The notes under the pieces are model-generated. The model ran no database searches, had not been told where the DNA came from, and was given only the letters and a program-made list of their open reading frames with translations. From Mycoplasmatota bacterium (GTDB lineage Bacteria > Bacillota_I > Bacilli_A > MAG-NZ): DNA of 64,000 bases. Positions within the stretch are counted from its first letter, which is position 1. Each line of letters begins with the position of its first letter. The stretch spans positions 744,001 through 808,000 of the forward strand of contig CP074575.1 in NCBI GenBank assembly GCA_018394315.1. Reading direction: 5' to 3'. Of this stretch, positions 8,763 through 18,463 are shown piece by piece. Position numbers and translations under genes: made by a program.

Positions 8763-9696
8763 TCAGATTCAACCAAATGTTGTTAAAATATTAACTAATA
8801 GCTTTAGGAGTAACAGATTTAGTCATGCTCATCTATTTGAAGGACCGAGGGGGACAAATAAGTTTGATATAGCTATTGATGTTGCTAAAATGCTTATTTG
8901 TGAATCGGCTTGTGGAGAATGTAAAATTTGTTCTAGCATTGATTTAAGGAGCCATCCTAATGTTATAGTTATTGAACCAGATGGTTTAAGCATAAAAAAG
9001 GAACAAATTCGAAACCTAATAACAGAATTAAATAAGACAAGTTTAGTAATTGGACCCAAGGTTTATATCATAAATCATATAGACAAGATGACGACAAGTG
9101 CAGCTAACAGTTTACTTAAGTATTTCGAGGAACCTCATGACAATACATATGCTATTTTAATTACAGAAAATATCCAAACGATTTTACCAACTATTATATC
9201 TAGAGCTCAAGTTATTACTTTTAATAAAGTTAGTAGCTCTATCATTAGAGAAGAGCTAGTTAAAAGAGGAATAAATTTAGAATATTCTAGAATACTACCT
9301 TTAGTAACAAATAATTTAGAAGAGGCTATGGATTTAGCTAATTCAGAGGAATTAAATAAGATGATGGATGTTATTTATGAATTAGGTAATATTTATGCTA
9401 ATAAGTATCATAATGCTCTTATATATTTTCATGAAAATGGAAAGTTTGTAGATAAAAATAATGTAGGATTATTTCTAGATTTATTGCTTTATTATTATAA
9501 AGATATCTTAAATTATAAGACTAATGTAGAGTTAGTCTTTCCAGACAATAAGGCTTTGATTACCTTAAGAGAAATAACATTAAAGAAAGTTGTAGAGAAT
9601 ATTGAGTTTATTATGGATGAAAAAAATAAGTTGAAGTATAACGCTAATGTACCATTACTCTTAGACAGAATAATATTGAAACTTGATTGGAGATAA
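8743..9696 (+). CDS. holB: DNA polymerase III delta' subunit
   Basis: HAHLFEG, Zn-binding C..CGECxxC, AANSLLKxxEEP, LPTIISR. Follows tmk as in Bacilli. Confidence 0.92.
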   Translation: MILAKYNQIQPNVVKILTNSFRSNRFSHAHLFEGPRGTNKFDIAIDVAKMLICESACGECKICSSIDLRSHPNVIVIEPDGLSIKKEQIRNLITELNKTSLVIGPKVYIINHIDKMTTSAANSLLKYFEEPHDNTYAILITENIQTILPTIISRAQVITFNKVSSSIIREELVKRGINLEYSRILPLVTNNLEEAMDLANSEELNKMMDVIYELGNIYANKYHNALIYFHENGKFVDKNNVGLFLDLLLYYYKDILNYKTNVELVFPDNKALITLREITLKKVVENIEFIMDEKNKLKYNANVPLLLDRIILKLDWR

Positions 9697-9700
9697 AAAA

Positions 9701-10513
9701 ATGAGTGAACATATTGTAGTTCCTATACAATTTAAAAAGGTTGGAAAGAGATATTACTTTGCAACTAACGATCTTGATTTAAAGATCAATGATTTTGTGG
9801 TAGTTGAGACTGCCAGAGGCTTAGAATTAGGTATTATTTCTGATGAAGCTAAGAAAATCGATGAGACCGAAGTGATTTCCGAACTTAAACCCGTTTTAAG
9901 AATAGCTAGCGATCATGATTTAAAAAGGTATGAAGATAATAAAGCAGCTGCTAAAGATAATTACGTAATTTGTAAAAGACTTATAGCCGAGCATGGACTA
10001 GATATGAAATTATTAAGTGCTGAGTATACTTTAGATAGAAAGAAAATTGTTTTTTATTATACATCTGAGGATAGAGTAGATTTTAGAGAGCTGGTTAAGG
10101 ACTTAGCAAGTAAAATAAAAACGAGAATCGAATTAAGGCAAGTTGGAGAAAGAGATGGAGCGAAAGCTTTAGGTGGAATAGGATTTTGCGGACGAGAACT
10201 TTGTTGTTCTACACATCTTTGTGAGTTTGATACTATAAGTATTAAAATGGCGAAGAATCAAAAATTATCATTAAATCCAACTAAGATAACCGGTGTTTGT
10301 GGAAAATTGCTTTGTTGTATCAAATATGAAAATAAAGCTTATTCCGATTTACAAGAAGGAATGCCTAAAATAGGTAGTCACGTTGATACGCCTAATTGTA
10401 AGGGTTGTAAAGTAATAGATACTGATATTTTAAATCGAGCAGTTAAGGTATCTGAAGAAAACAAGATAGTTTCTTATGACTTGGATGAGATAAATGATAG
10501 AAGTAGTAAATGA
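9701..10513 (+). CDS. ricT: PSP1-domain protein RicT/YaaT
   Basis: RVDFRELVKDLA, RIELRQ, CGRELCC, GxCGKLLCC. ATG 9701 follows GGAGA. Confidence 0.92.
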   Translation: MSEHIVVPIQFKKVGKRYYFATNDLDLKINDFVVVETARGLELGIISDEAKKIDETEVISELKPVLRIASDHDLKRYEDNKAAAKDNYVICKRLIAEHGLDMKLLSAEYTLDRKKIVFYYTSEDRVDFRELVKDLASKIKTRIELRQVGERDGAKALGGIGFCGRELCCSTHLCEFDTISIKMAKNQKLSLNPTKITGVCGKLLCCIKYENKAYSDLQEGMPKIGSHVDTPNCKGCKVIDTDILNRAVKVSEENKIVSYDLDEINDRSSK

Positions 10514-11231
10514 TTTATTAGCTTATGACGGTCTAAAAATAATACAAAGGCCAGATATGTTTAATTTCTCATTAGATTCTTTACTTCTTGGATATTTTGC
10601 GCCAGTTAACTATAAAACAAAGGAAATTATCGACTTATGCACTGGAAACGCTCCAGTAGCAATGTATTTGTCTTTAAGAACTGAAGAAAGAATTGAAGCT
10701 GTTGAGATTCAAGAAGAGGTATTTGATTTAGCTAGACGTTCTATAGAAATGAATAACCTTGAAGATCAAATTACTCTCTATAATAGAGATCTGATTGGTA
10801 TTCATAAACAATTAGGAGTGAACAAGTTTGATTTGGTAACATGTAATCCACCGTTTTTTAAATTACTTGAAACAAGTAATTTAAACAAGAATGAATATAA
10901 GACAATCGCTAGGCATGAAATTGCAGCTAGTTTGGAGGATATTTTAATCGAATCAAAGAAGTTGCTAAAAAACAAAGGTTTTTTATCCATGGTTCATCGT
11001 CCTGAGAGATTATCTGAAATATTAACGTTAATGAGAGAGCACTGTTTAGAACCTAAGACAATAAGGTTTGTATACCCTAAAAAGGGAACAACTGCCAATA
11101 CCGTATTGATTGATGCACAAAAAGGTGCAAGAGTTGGATTAAAAGTGTTAGAGCCTATATTTGTTTACGAAAATGGAGAATATTCCGATATTGTAAGAGA
11201 AGTATTTCACTACAAAAAAACTATGTTATAA
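10494..11231 (+). CDS. trmN6: tRNA1(Val) (adenine37-N6)-methyltransferase (YabB-like)
   Basis: DLCTGN SAM motif, CNPPFF, IARHE; synteny after ricT. Confidence 0.88.
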   Translation: MIEVVNDLLAYDGLKIIQRPDMFNFSLDSLLLGYFAPVNYKTKEIIDLCTGNAPVAMYLSLRTEERIEAVEIQEEVFDLARRSIEMNNLEDQITLYNRDLIGIHKQLGVNKFDLVTCNPPFFKLLETSNLNKNEYKTIARHEIAASLEDILIESKKLLKNKGFLSMVHRPERLSEILTLMREHCLEPKTIRFVYPKKGTTANTVLIDAQKGARVGLKVLEPIFVYENGEYSDIVREVFHYKKTML

Positions 11232-11253
11232 TTTAATGGAAGGGACTGATATT

Positions 11254-11652
11254 ATGTTTTTAGAATTATTAAGTAAAAGTGAAAAGCATCAATTCTTAGA
11301 TCTAGCTTTTCATATGACAAGAGCCGATGGAAATGTAGTAGATTCAGAGAGTTTAAGTGTTCAAAGAAAAATTGTTGAAATGGGAGATGAAATTAAAGAT
11401 TATGCTCCTGGAGATTTTGACAAAGCTGTAGCTAACTTTACAAATAGCACTAAGATGGTACAAAGAATAGTACTATTAAATTTAATTGAACTTTCTTTAA
11501 GTGATGATTTTTATCATGCTGAGGAACATTCTTTTATCGAAATGATTTTAGATGAATGGGAAGTAACTCCAAAGATGAAGTCAAGTTTAGTTAAATTAGT
11601 ATATATGGAAAAAGATTTAAGAGAAAAGGCAAAAATTATTTTAAGCGAATAA
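11254..11652 (+). CDS. TerB/DjlA-N-like helical protein
   Basis: MFLxxL start, ADGxxxxxE and SDxxYxxEE repeats typical of the TerB fold. Start ATG 11254 (alternative 11236). Confidence 0.65.
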   Translation: MFLELLSKSEKHQFLDLAFHMTRADGNVVDSESLSVQRKIVEMGDEIKDYAPGDFDKAVANFTNSTKMVQRIVLLNLIELSLSDDFYHAEEHSFIEMILDEWEVTPKMKSSLVKLVYMEKDLREKAKIILSE

Positions 11653-12488
11653 TGAAAATTAATAAAAGTTTCCAAAATGATAAATCAACATTATATTTAG
11701 TTTCGACACCTATTGGTAATCTTGAAGATATAACTTTTAGAGCTGTTAATGTGCTAAATAATGTTGATTTAATTTTTTGTGAAGATACTAGAGTCACTCA
11801 AAAGCTCTTAAATCATCTAAATATAAGGAAAAAAGTCTATAGTTATCACGAACATAATAAGGAGTCTCAAGGAACATTTATATTATCTTTATTAAAAGAA
11901 GGAAAGAATATTGCATTAGTATCTGATGCCGGAATGCCTATTATTAGTGATCCAGGTTTTGAAATTGTAAAAGAAGCATTAGATAATTTTAATGTAGTAC
12001 CGATTCCAGGAGCAAATGCTGCTTTGACAGCTCTAATTGCATCTGGAATAGCACCTAAGCCATTTACGTATTATGGATTTTTAGATCACAAACAATCAAA
12101 AAAGAAAAGTGAGTTAACTAATTTAAAGGAAATTGAACATACTATTATCTTTTATGAATCTATTCATAGAATTAAAAAGACTCTATCAGTAATGCTTGAG
12201 GTTCTTGGCGATAGGGATATAGTAATTGGTAGAGAACTAACGAAGAAGTTCGAGGAATTTATTTTCGGAAAAATTAGTGAAGTTATCCAGAATGTTGATA
12301 GATTTAAAGGAGAGTTAGTAATAATTGTTTCAGGTAATAGTGAAGAAGTAATTTATGAGAACAATTTGAAAGATCACATTGAATCGTTTATTGAGTTGGG
12401 AGACACCCCTAATGAAGCAATTAAAAAGGTTGCTAAATTAAGGGGCCTAAGAAAACAAGATGTATATAATGAATTTCATCTTAAATAA
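11652..12488 (+). CDS. rsmI: 16S rRNA (cytidine1402-2'-O)-methyltransferase
   Basis: LYLVSTPIGNLEDIT, EDTR, SDAGMPxISDPG, RELTKKFEE. Confidence 0.96.
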   Translation: MKINKSFQNDKSTLYLVSTPIGNLEDITFRAVNVLNNVDLIFCEDTRVTQKLLNHLNIRKKVYSYHEHNKESQGTFILSLLKEGKNIALVSDAGMPIISDPGFEIVKEALDNFNVVPIPGANAALTALIASGIAPKPFTYYGFLDHKQSKKKSELTNLKEIEHTIIFYESIHRIKKTLSVMLEVLGDRDIVIGRELTKKFEEFIFGKISEVIQNVDRFKGELVIIVSGNSEEVIYENNLKDHIESFIELGDTPNEAIKKVAKLRGLRKQDVYNEFHLK

Positions 12489-12499
12489 AGGAGAAGAGA

Positions 12500-13381
12500 A
12501 TGGAGAAATATATTGATAGGTTGAATGTTGGGTTTATGCTTAATCACGAATACTTTATTCCTCATGCGGAGCTTTTAATTAATAGTATCAAGTCAGATGT
12601 AAAATTCTACGTGCTCGTTCCAAGCACTATTAATAAGGATAAAATTGAATCTAACCTTTCAAGTGAAAAGGTAGATATAATTGTCTATGATTTTGACGAA
12701 TCCTTAAGCAAATTCCCTTTTGCTGATAAGGTGTTTGCAGCTGCACATGCTGAATCAATAGCTTCAGATTATCTGCTTTGGATGGATGTTGATAGTATTT
12801 TCCTAAGAGATATTACGGAAATCGAATTAGGAGATTTTGATATAAATATTAGACCAGTTGATAAGAAGAATATTGGGATTGAATACTCATTAGAGTTAAA
12901 TGACTTGTGGAAGGATTTATATGATTACTTTGGCTTAGAGGATAACTTTAATCCTTTAGTTACTGGGATTGATAATTTGACTATTAGACCTTATTATAAT
13001 GCAGGGTTCATGATTCTTAAAACAGAAAAATCAATCTTAAGGAAATGGAAAGACGCATTTTTGGAGTTATGTCTAAGCAAACCTTTTGAAAAATATTACG
13101 ATGAAAGTTATCTATATAAAATATTTATCCATCAAGCTGTATTAGCTTGTGTCATAATGAAATACGTTGATAAGAAGAATATAAATATTTTACCGGACAA
13201 TATAAATTTTCCAGTTCACTTATATGATGAGCATTCACAAAGGATGGAGTTAGATTTAGATAGCATTATATGTTGTAGATATGATACTTATTTTAACAAG
13301 GAATCACAAAACTTTATTTTCCAAGATGAAATAGAAGCACTAATTGATAAAGAAAAGCATAAATTAATTTGGACTTATTAG
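12500..13381 (+). CDS. Putative GT-A fold glycosyltransferase (family 8-like)
   Basis: DxD in LLWMDVDSIF, YNAGFM, HQAVL (cf. DQ motif), NFP. Confidence 0.55.
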   Translation: MEKYIDRLNVGFMLNHEYFIPHAELLINSIKSDVKFYVLVPSTINKDKIESNLSSEKVDIIVYDFDESLSKFPFADKVFAAAHAESIASDYLLWMDVDSIFLRDITEIELGDFDINIRPVDKKNIGIEYSLELNDLWKDLYDYFGLEDNFNPLVTGIDNLTIRPYYNAGFMILKTEKSILRKWKDAFLELCLSKPFEKYYDESYLYKIFIHQAVLACVIMKYVDKKNINILPDNINFPVHLYDEHSQRMELDLDSIICCRYDTYFNKESQNFIFQDEIEALIDKEKHKLIWTY

Positions 13382-13408
13382 AGAAAATATAATTAAATAT
13401 TTTAATTA

Positions 13409-13436
13409 TTGACATACTTTTTATATGTGTTATATT
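13409..13436 (+). promoter_or_regulatory. Sigma-A promoter for the metG leader
   Basis: TTGACA-16 nt-TATATT with TG extension. Confidence 0.65.
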
Positions 13437-13445
13437 ATACTTAAT

Positions 13446-13668
13446 AAGATGATGAAGGAAAGAGATATAGCGAAAGTCTTTTAGAGAGTCCTGGTAGCTG
13501 AAAAAGGATAGATTAGTAAGTGTTGAAAATGGTTCCGGAATTTATTAGAGGAAAGGCTAATACGTAAACTTGCGTTAAAAGTATAGAGTGCGAAGTTTTT
13601 CTTCGAACTAAGGTGGTACCGCGAATTTTTCGTCCTTAGAGATTTATTCTTTAAGGACTTTTTATTTT
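13446..13668 (+). ncRNA. T-box riboswitch, Met specifier
   Basis: Stem I AGAGA and GCTGAAA motifs, specifier ATG at 13529-13531, T-box AAGGTGGTACCGCG at 13610-13623, terminator GTCCTTA/TAAGGAC + T run; upstream of metG. Confidence 0.93.
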
Positions 13669-13736
13669 GAGGTGCTCATATTAGTAATTATAATGCTATA
13701 GGAAAATAAAAAAGACTTTCTTTAGGAGGAAACTTT

Positions 13737-15641
13737 ATGAAACCATATTATATTACAACAGCAATAGCTTATACATCGGGAACACCTCATATAGGAAATG
13801 TATATGAAATTATTTTAGCTGATGCGATTGCTAGATTTAAAAGATTAGAAGGTTACGATGTCTTCTTTCAAACAGGGACTGATGAACATGGACAAAAAAT
13901 TGAATTGAAAGCTACAGAGCTTGGCTTGACCCCACAATCATTTGTTGATAAGGTCGCTAGTGATATTAGAAGGATTTTTGATTCTGTTAACATCTCTTAT
14001 GATAAATTCATTCGAACAACTGACGATTACCATAAGAATCAAGTTCAAAAAATATTCAAGAGACTATATGACCAGGGTGATATTTATAAAGGATATTACG
14101 AAGGTTTATACTGTGTAGCTTGTGAATCATTTTATACAAATAGTCAATTAGTCGAGGATAAGTGTCCAGACTGTGGAGACTCTGTAACTGAAACTAAGGA
14201 AGAAGCGTACTTCTTAAGACTAAGTAATTATCAAGAACGATTAGTTAAGCATATAGAAGAAAACCCCAGTTTTATTCAACCAGAATCAAGAAAAAATGAG
14301 ATGCTGAATAATTTTATTAAGGATGGAATTCAAGATCTATGTGTATCTAGAACATCATTCAAATGGGGTGTACCAGTCTCATTTGATGAGGATCATGTTA
14401 CATATGTTTGGATAGATGCTCTTTCGAACTACATTACTGGTTTAGGATATGATCTAGATGGGAATCACAGTGATTTGTATAAAAAATATTGGCCGGCTGA
14501 TGTTCATTTGATTGGTAAAGATATTTTAAGATTCCATACTATATATTGGCCAATAATGTTGATGGCATTAGGTGAAGAGTTGCCTAAACAAGTTTTTGGA
14601 CACCCATGGTTACTGGTAGGCAAAGGTAAGATGAGTAAGTCAAAGGGTAACAGTTTATATACAGACGATTTAGTAGCTCAGTATGGTGTAGATGCGATTA
14701 GGTACTATGTATTAAGAGAGACTCCTTTTAGCAGCGATGGAAATATAACTCCAGAGGTAATAACTGAAAGATATAATTCTGAATTAGCAAACACTTTAAG
14801 TAACTTAGTTAATAGAACAATTTCGATGACAAATAAGTATCATGATGGTGTTGTATATCCTCAAGGCGAACTTAATGAAATAGATGAAGATTTAATTAAT
14901 ACTGTCTTAGAGACAAAGCGAATAGTCATCAGCAAAATGAATGAATTAAGAGTAAGTGATGCACTGATTGAAATTATGAATACTTTAAGAAGAACCAATA
15001 AATACATAGATGAAACTGAGCCTTGGATATTAGGAAGAGATGAAGCCAATAAAGAAAGATTAAGTACAGTTTTATATAATTTATTGGAGTCTATAAGACA
15101 TTGTGCAGTTTTACTTCAAGCGTTCATTCCAGAAACATCTGCTAATATCTTTAATCAAATAAAGTCAGATAAGACTTCATTTGATTCAATTGATTCATTT
15201 GGTGGCATGACAAAAGTCACTCTAGAAAAGCCAAATCCAATCTTTAATAGGTTAGATGTCGATAAAACTCTTGCAGAGTTTAATGAAAGAATAAAAGTTG
15301 ATGAACTAGTGTCTGATGTATTGGATGAAATTGAATTTGATGATTTCGCTAAAATTGATATGCGTATAGGTGAAGTCATTGAATGTAAATTACATCCTAA
15401 AGCTGACAGATTATTAATAAGTAAAGTAGATATAGGGACAGAAGTAAGGCAAATCGTTTCTGGAATAGCAGAACATGTGAAACCAGAGCAATTTGTTGGA
15501 CAGAGAGTAGTTGTAGTAACAAATTTAAAATCAATTAAATTAAGAGGTGAACTATCTGAAGGAATGATATTAGCTGCTTCAACTGATTCTGATTTAGAGG
15601 TTGTTTCGGTAAATATTGAAAAAGGAGCAAAGGTAAAATGA
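13737..15641 (+). CDS. metG: Methionine--tRNA ligase with C-terminal tRNA-binding domain
   Basis: YYITTAIAY, HIGN, Zn knuckle CxxC...CxxC, KMSKS, C-terminal HPxAD..SEGMILAA. Confidence 0.97.
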   Translation: MKPYYITTAIAYTSGTPHIGNVYEIILADAIARFKRLEGYDVFFQTGTDEHGQKIELKATELGLTPQSFVDKVASDIRRIFDSVNISYDKFIRTTDDYHKNQVQKIFKRLYDQGDIYKGYYEGLYCVACESFYTNSQLVEDKCPDCGDSVTETKEEAYFLRLSNYQERLVKHIEENPSFIQPESRKNEMLNNFIKDGIQDLCVSRTSFKWGVPVSFDEDHVTYVWIDALSNYITGLGYDLDGNHSDLYKKYWPADVHLIGKDILRFHTIYWPIMLMALGEELPKQVFGHPWLLVGKGKMSKSKGNSLYTDDLVAQYGVDAIRYYVLRETPFSSDGNITPEVITERYNSELANTLSNLVNRTISMTNKYHDGVVYPQGELNEIDEDLINTVLETKRIVISKMNELRVSDALIEIMNTLRRTNKYIDETEPWILGRDEANKERLSTVLYNLLESIRHCAVLLQAFIPETSANIFNQIKSDKTSFDSIDSFGGMTKVTLEKPNPIFNRLDVDKTLAEFNERIKVDELVSDVLDEIEFDDFAKIDMRIGEVIECKLHPKADRLLISKVDIGTEVRQIVSGIAEHVKPEQFVGQRVVVVTNLKSIKLRGELSEGMILAASTDSDLEVVSVNIEKGAKVK

Positions 15642-16498
15642 GCAATTTTCACTTAGAGGCTAGAAGACTATTTATTGTAGGAATTGCAACTATAGTTTAT
15701 GTTATTGGAGTTGGGTATTTTATTGTACCTGCAGGTTTATTAACTGGAGGGATAACTGGATTTTCAATCATAATTAAAATGCTTTTTTCTAAGATTGATA
15801 TTAATATGAATTTAGGTTTATTAGTATTCATTTTAGATATACCAGTGCTTATTATTGGATTAAAAGGTGTTTCAAGAAAGTTCTTTTATTACACAATGTT
15901 TTCCATTATTCTTCAATCAATTCTTTTAGGTGTTTTTACTCACTCTACTTCTATCTTCGATGGTGATGTTTTAGCTGATTCGATTATTGGAGGTATGCTT
16001 GTTGGTGTAGGTTCTGGTATTGCCTTAAGAGCAGGTGCATCTTTAGGTGGAATGGATGTTATTAGTCAATTTTTGTCGCTTAAGAAGAAATCTAGTGTTG
16101 GGTTGATTAACATAACTGCGAATGGTATATTACTACTTATCAGTATTATCTATTTTGAACCGCAAGTTGCGTTATACACTTTATTAGGGTATATTACTGC
16201 GAGTATTATTGTGGATAAGATACACACTGGATATAAACGAGTTAAGGTTGAAATAATAACAGGAGAGGGATTAGAAGTAAAAGATAAATTACTTGCTTCT
16301 TATGAACACGGTATTACGATGTATGATGCTGTAGGTGCTTATACTGGTAATCAAAAAAAGATTCTTACCATGGTAACTCAATCTCATGAGGTATACGATG
16401 TTAAGAAATCAGTATTAAGTATTGATCCAGATGCATTTATAACAATTACACCAGTAAGGCATTTGAATGGTAAGTTTAACCAAATTATCATAAAGTGA
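15638..16498 (+). CDS. YitT-family membrane protein (DUF2179 C-terminus)
   Basis: GGITG, GASLGGMD, GxGAYTG, IDPDAFI. Confidence 0.9.
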   Translation: MSNFHLEARRLFIVGIATIVYVIGVGYFIVPAGLLTGGITGFSIIIKMLFSKIDINMNLGLLVFILDIPVLIIGLKGVSRKFFYYTMFSIILQSILLGVFTHSTSIFDGDVLADSIIGGMLVGVGSGIALRAGASLGGMDVISQFLSLKKKSSVGLINITANGILLLISIIYFEPQVALYTLLGYITASIIVDKIHTGYKRVKVEIITGEGLEVKDKLLASYEHGITMYDAVGAYTGNQKKILTMVTQSHEVYDVKKSVLSIDPDAFITITPVRHLNGKFNQIIIK

Positions 16499-16518
16499 TT
16501 ATTTAATTTAAACATATG

Positions 16519-16548
16519 CTAGTCTATTTAATAGACTAGTTTTTTTTT
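16519..16548 (+). terminator. Intrinsic terminator
   Basis: CTAGTCTA/TAGACTAG stem + T9. Confidence 0.85.
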
Positions 16549-16699
16549 ATAAACATTTTTGAAGAGTATATCTAAAAGATATTAATAAGTCATTACCGGC
16601 TTTTTACCTTTACAATTTATTCATTTCTCATTAATCCTAGAGAAACTGTATAGAGTAAGATGCCTATTTTCTTATGAAAGCCTTTACTTTGTTTACTAG

Positions 16700-16728
16700 T
16701 TGTGAATGGTTTAGTAGAATGTTATAAT
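16700..16728 (+). promoter_or_regulatory. Sigma-A promoter of the pur operon
   Basis: TTGTGA-17 nt-TATAAT with extended TG. Confidence 0.7.
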
Positions 16729-16745
16729 AACTTTGTAATTGAATA

Positions 16746-16880
16746 GGTATGTATATCAGCTCAAATATGGTGAGCAAGTTTCTACCCCATGACCGTAAAT
16801 TTTGGGACTACATAACGCTAGGGAAATTATATATTTTCTTTTGCTGTTATGGGGAGTTTTTTACTCCCTTTTACTATTTT
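16746..16880 (+). ncRNA. Purine (guanine-type) riboswitch with transcriptional terminator
   Basis: P1 TATGTA/TACATA, L2 AATATGG, J2/3 GTTTCTAC, L3 CCGTAAA, discriminator C at 16808 (guanine class). Terminator GGGAGT/ACTCCC+TTTT. CATAAC/GTTATG forms an alternative pairing competing with P1. Confidence 0.95.
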
Positions 16881-16898
16881 ATTGAAACGAGGTAAATT

Positions 16899-17375
16899 AT
16901 GAAACCAATAGTTGGAGTTATTATGGGATCAACATCAGATTGGAATGTTATGAAAGAGGCATGTAGTGTGCTTGATTTATTAGAGATTCCTTATGAAAAG
17001 GATGTGGTTAGTGCACATCGTACGCCTGACAAAATGTTTAAATATGCAAGTGAAGCAAGAGAAAGAGGTATTAGAGTGATTATCGCAGGTGCTGGTGGTG
17101 CTGCACATTTACCAGGAATGGTAGCTAGTAAAACTACTTTACCTGTTATTGGGGTGCCTGTTAAATCAAGTAACTTGAGTGGTATGGATTCATTATTATC
17201 TATAGTACAAATGCCTGGTGGAATACCAGTAGCTACTGTAGCGATTAATCAGGCTAAGAACGCTGGGTTACTAGCTGTACAAATAATCTCAATTTATGAT
17301 GCTGCTGTTAAAAATAGAATAGAAGATTATCGTTTAAATATGAAAAACTCTATTTTAGAAAGTGAGCTAGATTAA
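16899..17375 (+). CDS. purE: N5-CAIR mutase
   Basis: [23 protein letters not shown]. Confidence 0.97.
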   Translation: MKPIVGVIMGSTSDWNVMKEACSVLDLLEIPYEKDVVSAHRTPDKMFKYASEARERGIRVIIAGAGGAAHLPGMVASKTTLPVIGVPVKSSNLSGMDSLLSIVQMPGGIPVATVAINQAKNAGLLAVQIISIYDAAVKNRIEDYRLNMKNSILESELD

Positions 17376-18463
17376 TGAAGGTTGGAATCATAGGTGGAGG
17401 ACAGCTAGGACAGATGTTAGCTATTTCAGCTAAAAGTAAAGGTTACAGTGTTATTTGTCTTGACCCAACTCCTGACTCTCCTTGTTCAAAAGTTGCTGAT
17501 GAGCAGATAGTTGCGCCATTTGATGACTTTACTAAAATTAAAGAGTTATGTGAAAAGTCTGATGTAGTTACGTATGAATTTGAGAATATTCCCCATCAGA
17601 TAATTGAAACATTAGGAAGTGAATACAATATTCCACAAGGACACAGACCACTTTATTATTCACAACATAGAGTAAGAGAAAAATTGGCTGCAGCTGAGTG
17701 TGGACTTAAAACAGCTCCATTTTATCCAGTTAGTAGTAAAAAAGAATTAATTAAAGCTTTGAATAATCTTGGGTACCCCTCTTTACTAAAAACTTGTTCG
17801 TTTGGATATGATGGAAAAGGACAAGTTAAGATTTCTTCAGACAAAGATTTAACTGAAGCATTTGAATTAGTTGAGAATACTGAATGTATCCTAGAGGGAT
17901 TTGTTGAGTTTGATTCAGAAATAAGTGTAATAGCTGTTAGAAATAGTTCTAACGATGTAGCTATGTTACCTATTCCTAGAAATAAACATATCAACAATAT
18001 CTTACATATGAGTGTTTTACCAAATGATGAATTAGCAAGTGTTAACAAGTTAGCAAGTTCTATGGTAAAAACATTTATTCAGAAAATGGAGTTTGTAGGT
18101 ATATTAACTGTTGAGTTATTTGTAAGTGGTGAAGATATTTATTTTAATGAAATGGCTCCAAGACCGCATAATTCAGGACATTATTCTATTGAAGGATGTG
18201 AAAGTAGTCAGTTCGATTTAGCGCTTGATGCTATTATGAATAAGAAAATTACTAATCAAAGCCTTAAACAACCAACAGTGATGATAAATATATTAGGTCA
18301 ACATATGGAAGGACTTAAGGATTTTAAATGTGATGAATCATTTGTTCATTTATACGGTAAAAAAGAGATAAAGCATAATAGAAAAATGGGTCATATAACA
18401 TTTATTAATAAAACTCAAAAAGATGTTGAAAATATTATAAATAAGTATTGGGAGTTTAAATGA
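17375..18463 (+). CDS. purK: N5-CAIR synthetase
   Basis: GGGQLG, YEFEN, GYDGKGQ, NEMAPRPHNSGH. Confidence 0.96.
   Translation: MKVGIIGGGQLGQMLAISAKSKGYSVICLDPTPDSPCSKVADEQIVAPFDDFTKIKELCEKSDVVTYEFENIPHQIIETLGSEYNIPQGHRPLYYSQHRVREKLAAAECGLKTAPFYPVSSKKELIKALNNLGYPSLLKTCSFGYDGKGQVKISSDKDLTEAFELVENTECILEGFVEFDSEISVIAVRNSSNDVAMLPIPRNKHINNILHMSVLPNDELASVNKLASSMVKTFIQKMEFVGILTVELFVSGEDIYFNEMAPRPHNSGHYSIEGCESSQFDLALDAIMNKKITNQSLKQPTVMINILGQHMEGLKDFKCDESFVHLYGKKEIKHNRKMGHITFINKTQKDVENIINKYWEFK

Noticed and set aside
15155..15652. 165-aa antisense ORF and the other antisense/alternate-frame ORFs inside purL, ecfA2, rpoB, rpoC, fusA and tuf
   Set aside because: Ser/Ile/Phe-rich shadows of conserved genes, with no RBS or domain evidence.
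16549..16700. 150-bp non-coding stretch with a cre-like word TGAAAGCCTTTACT
   Set aside because: Lacks the central CG and terminal CA of a cre site; no credible ORF or RNA structure found.
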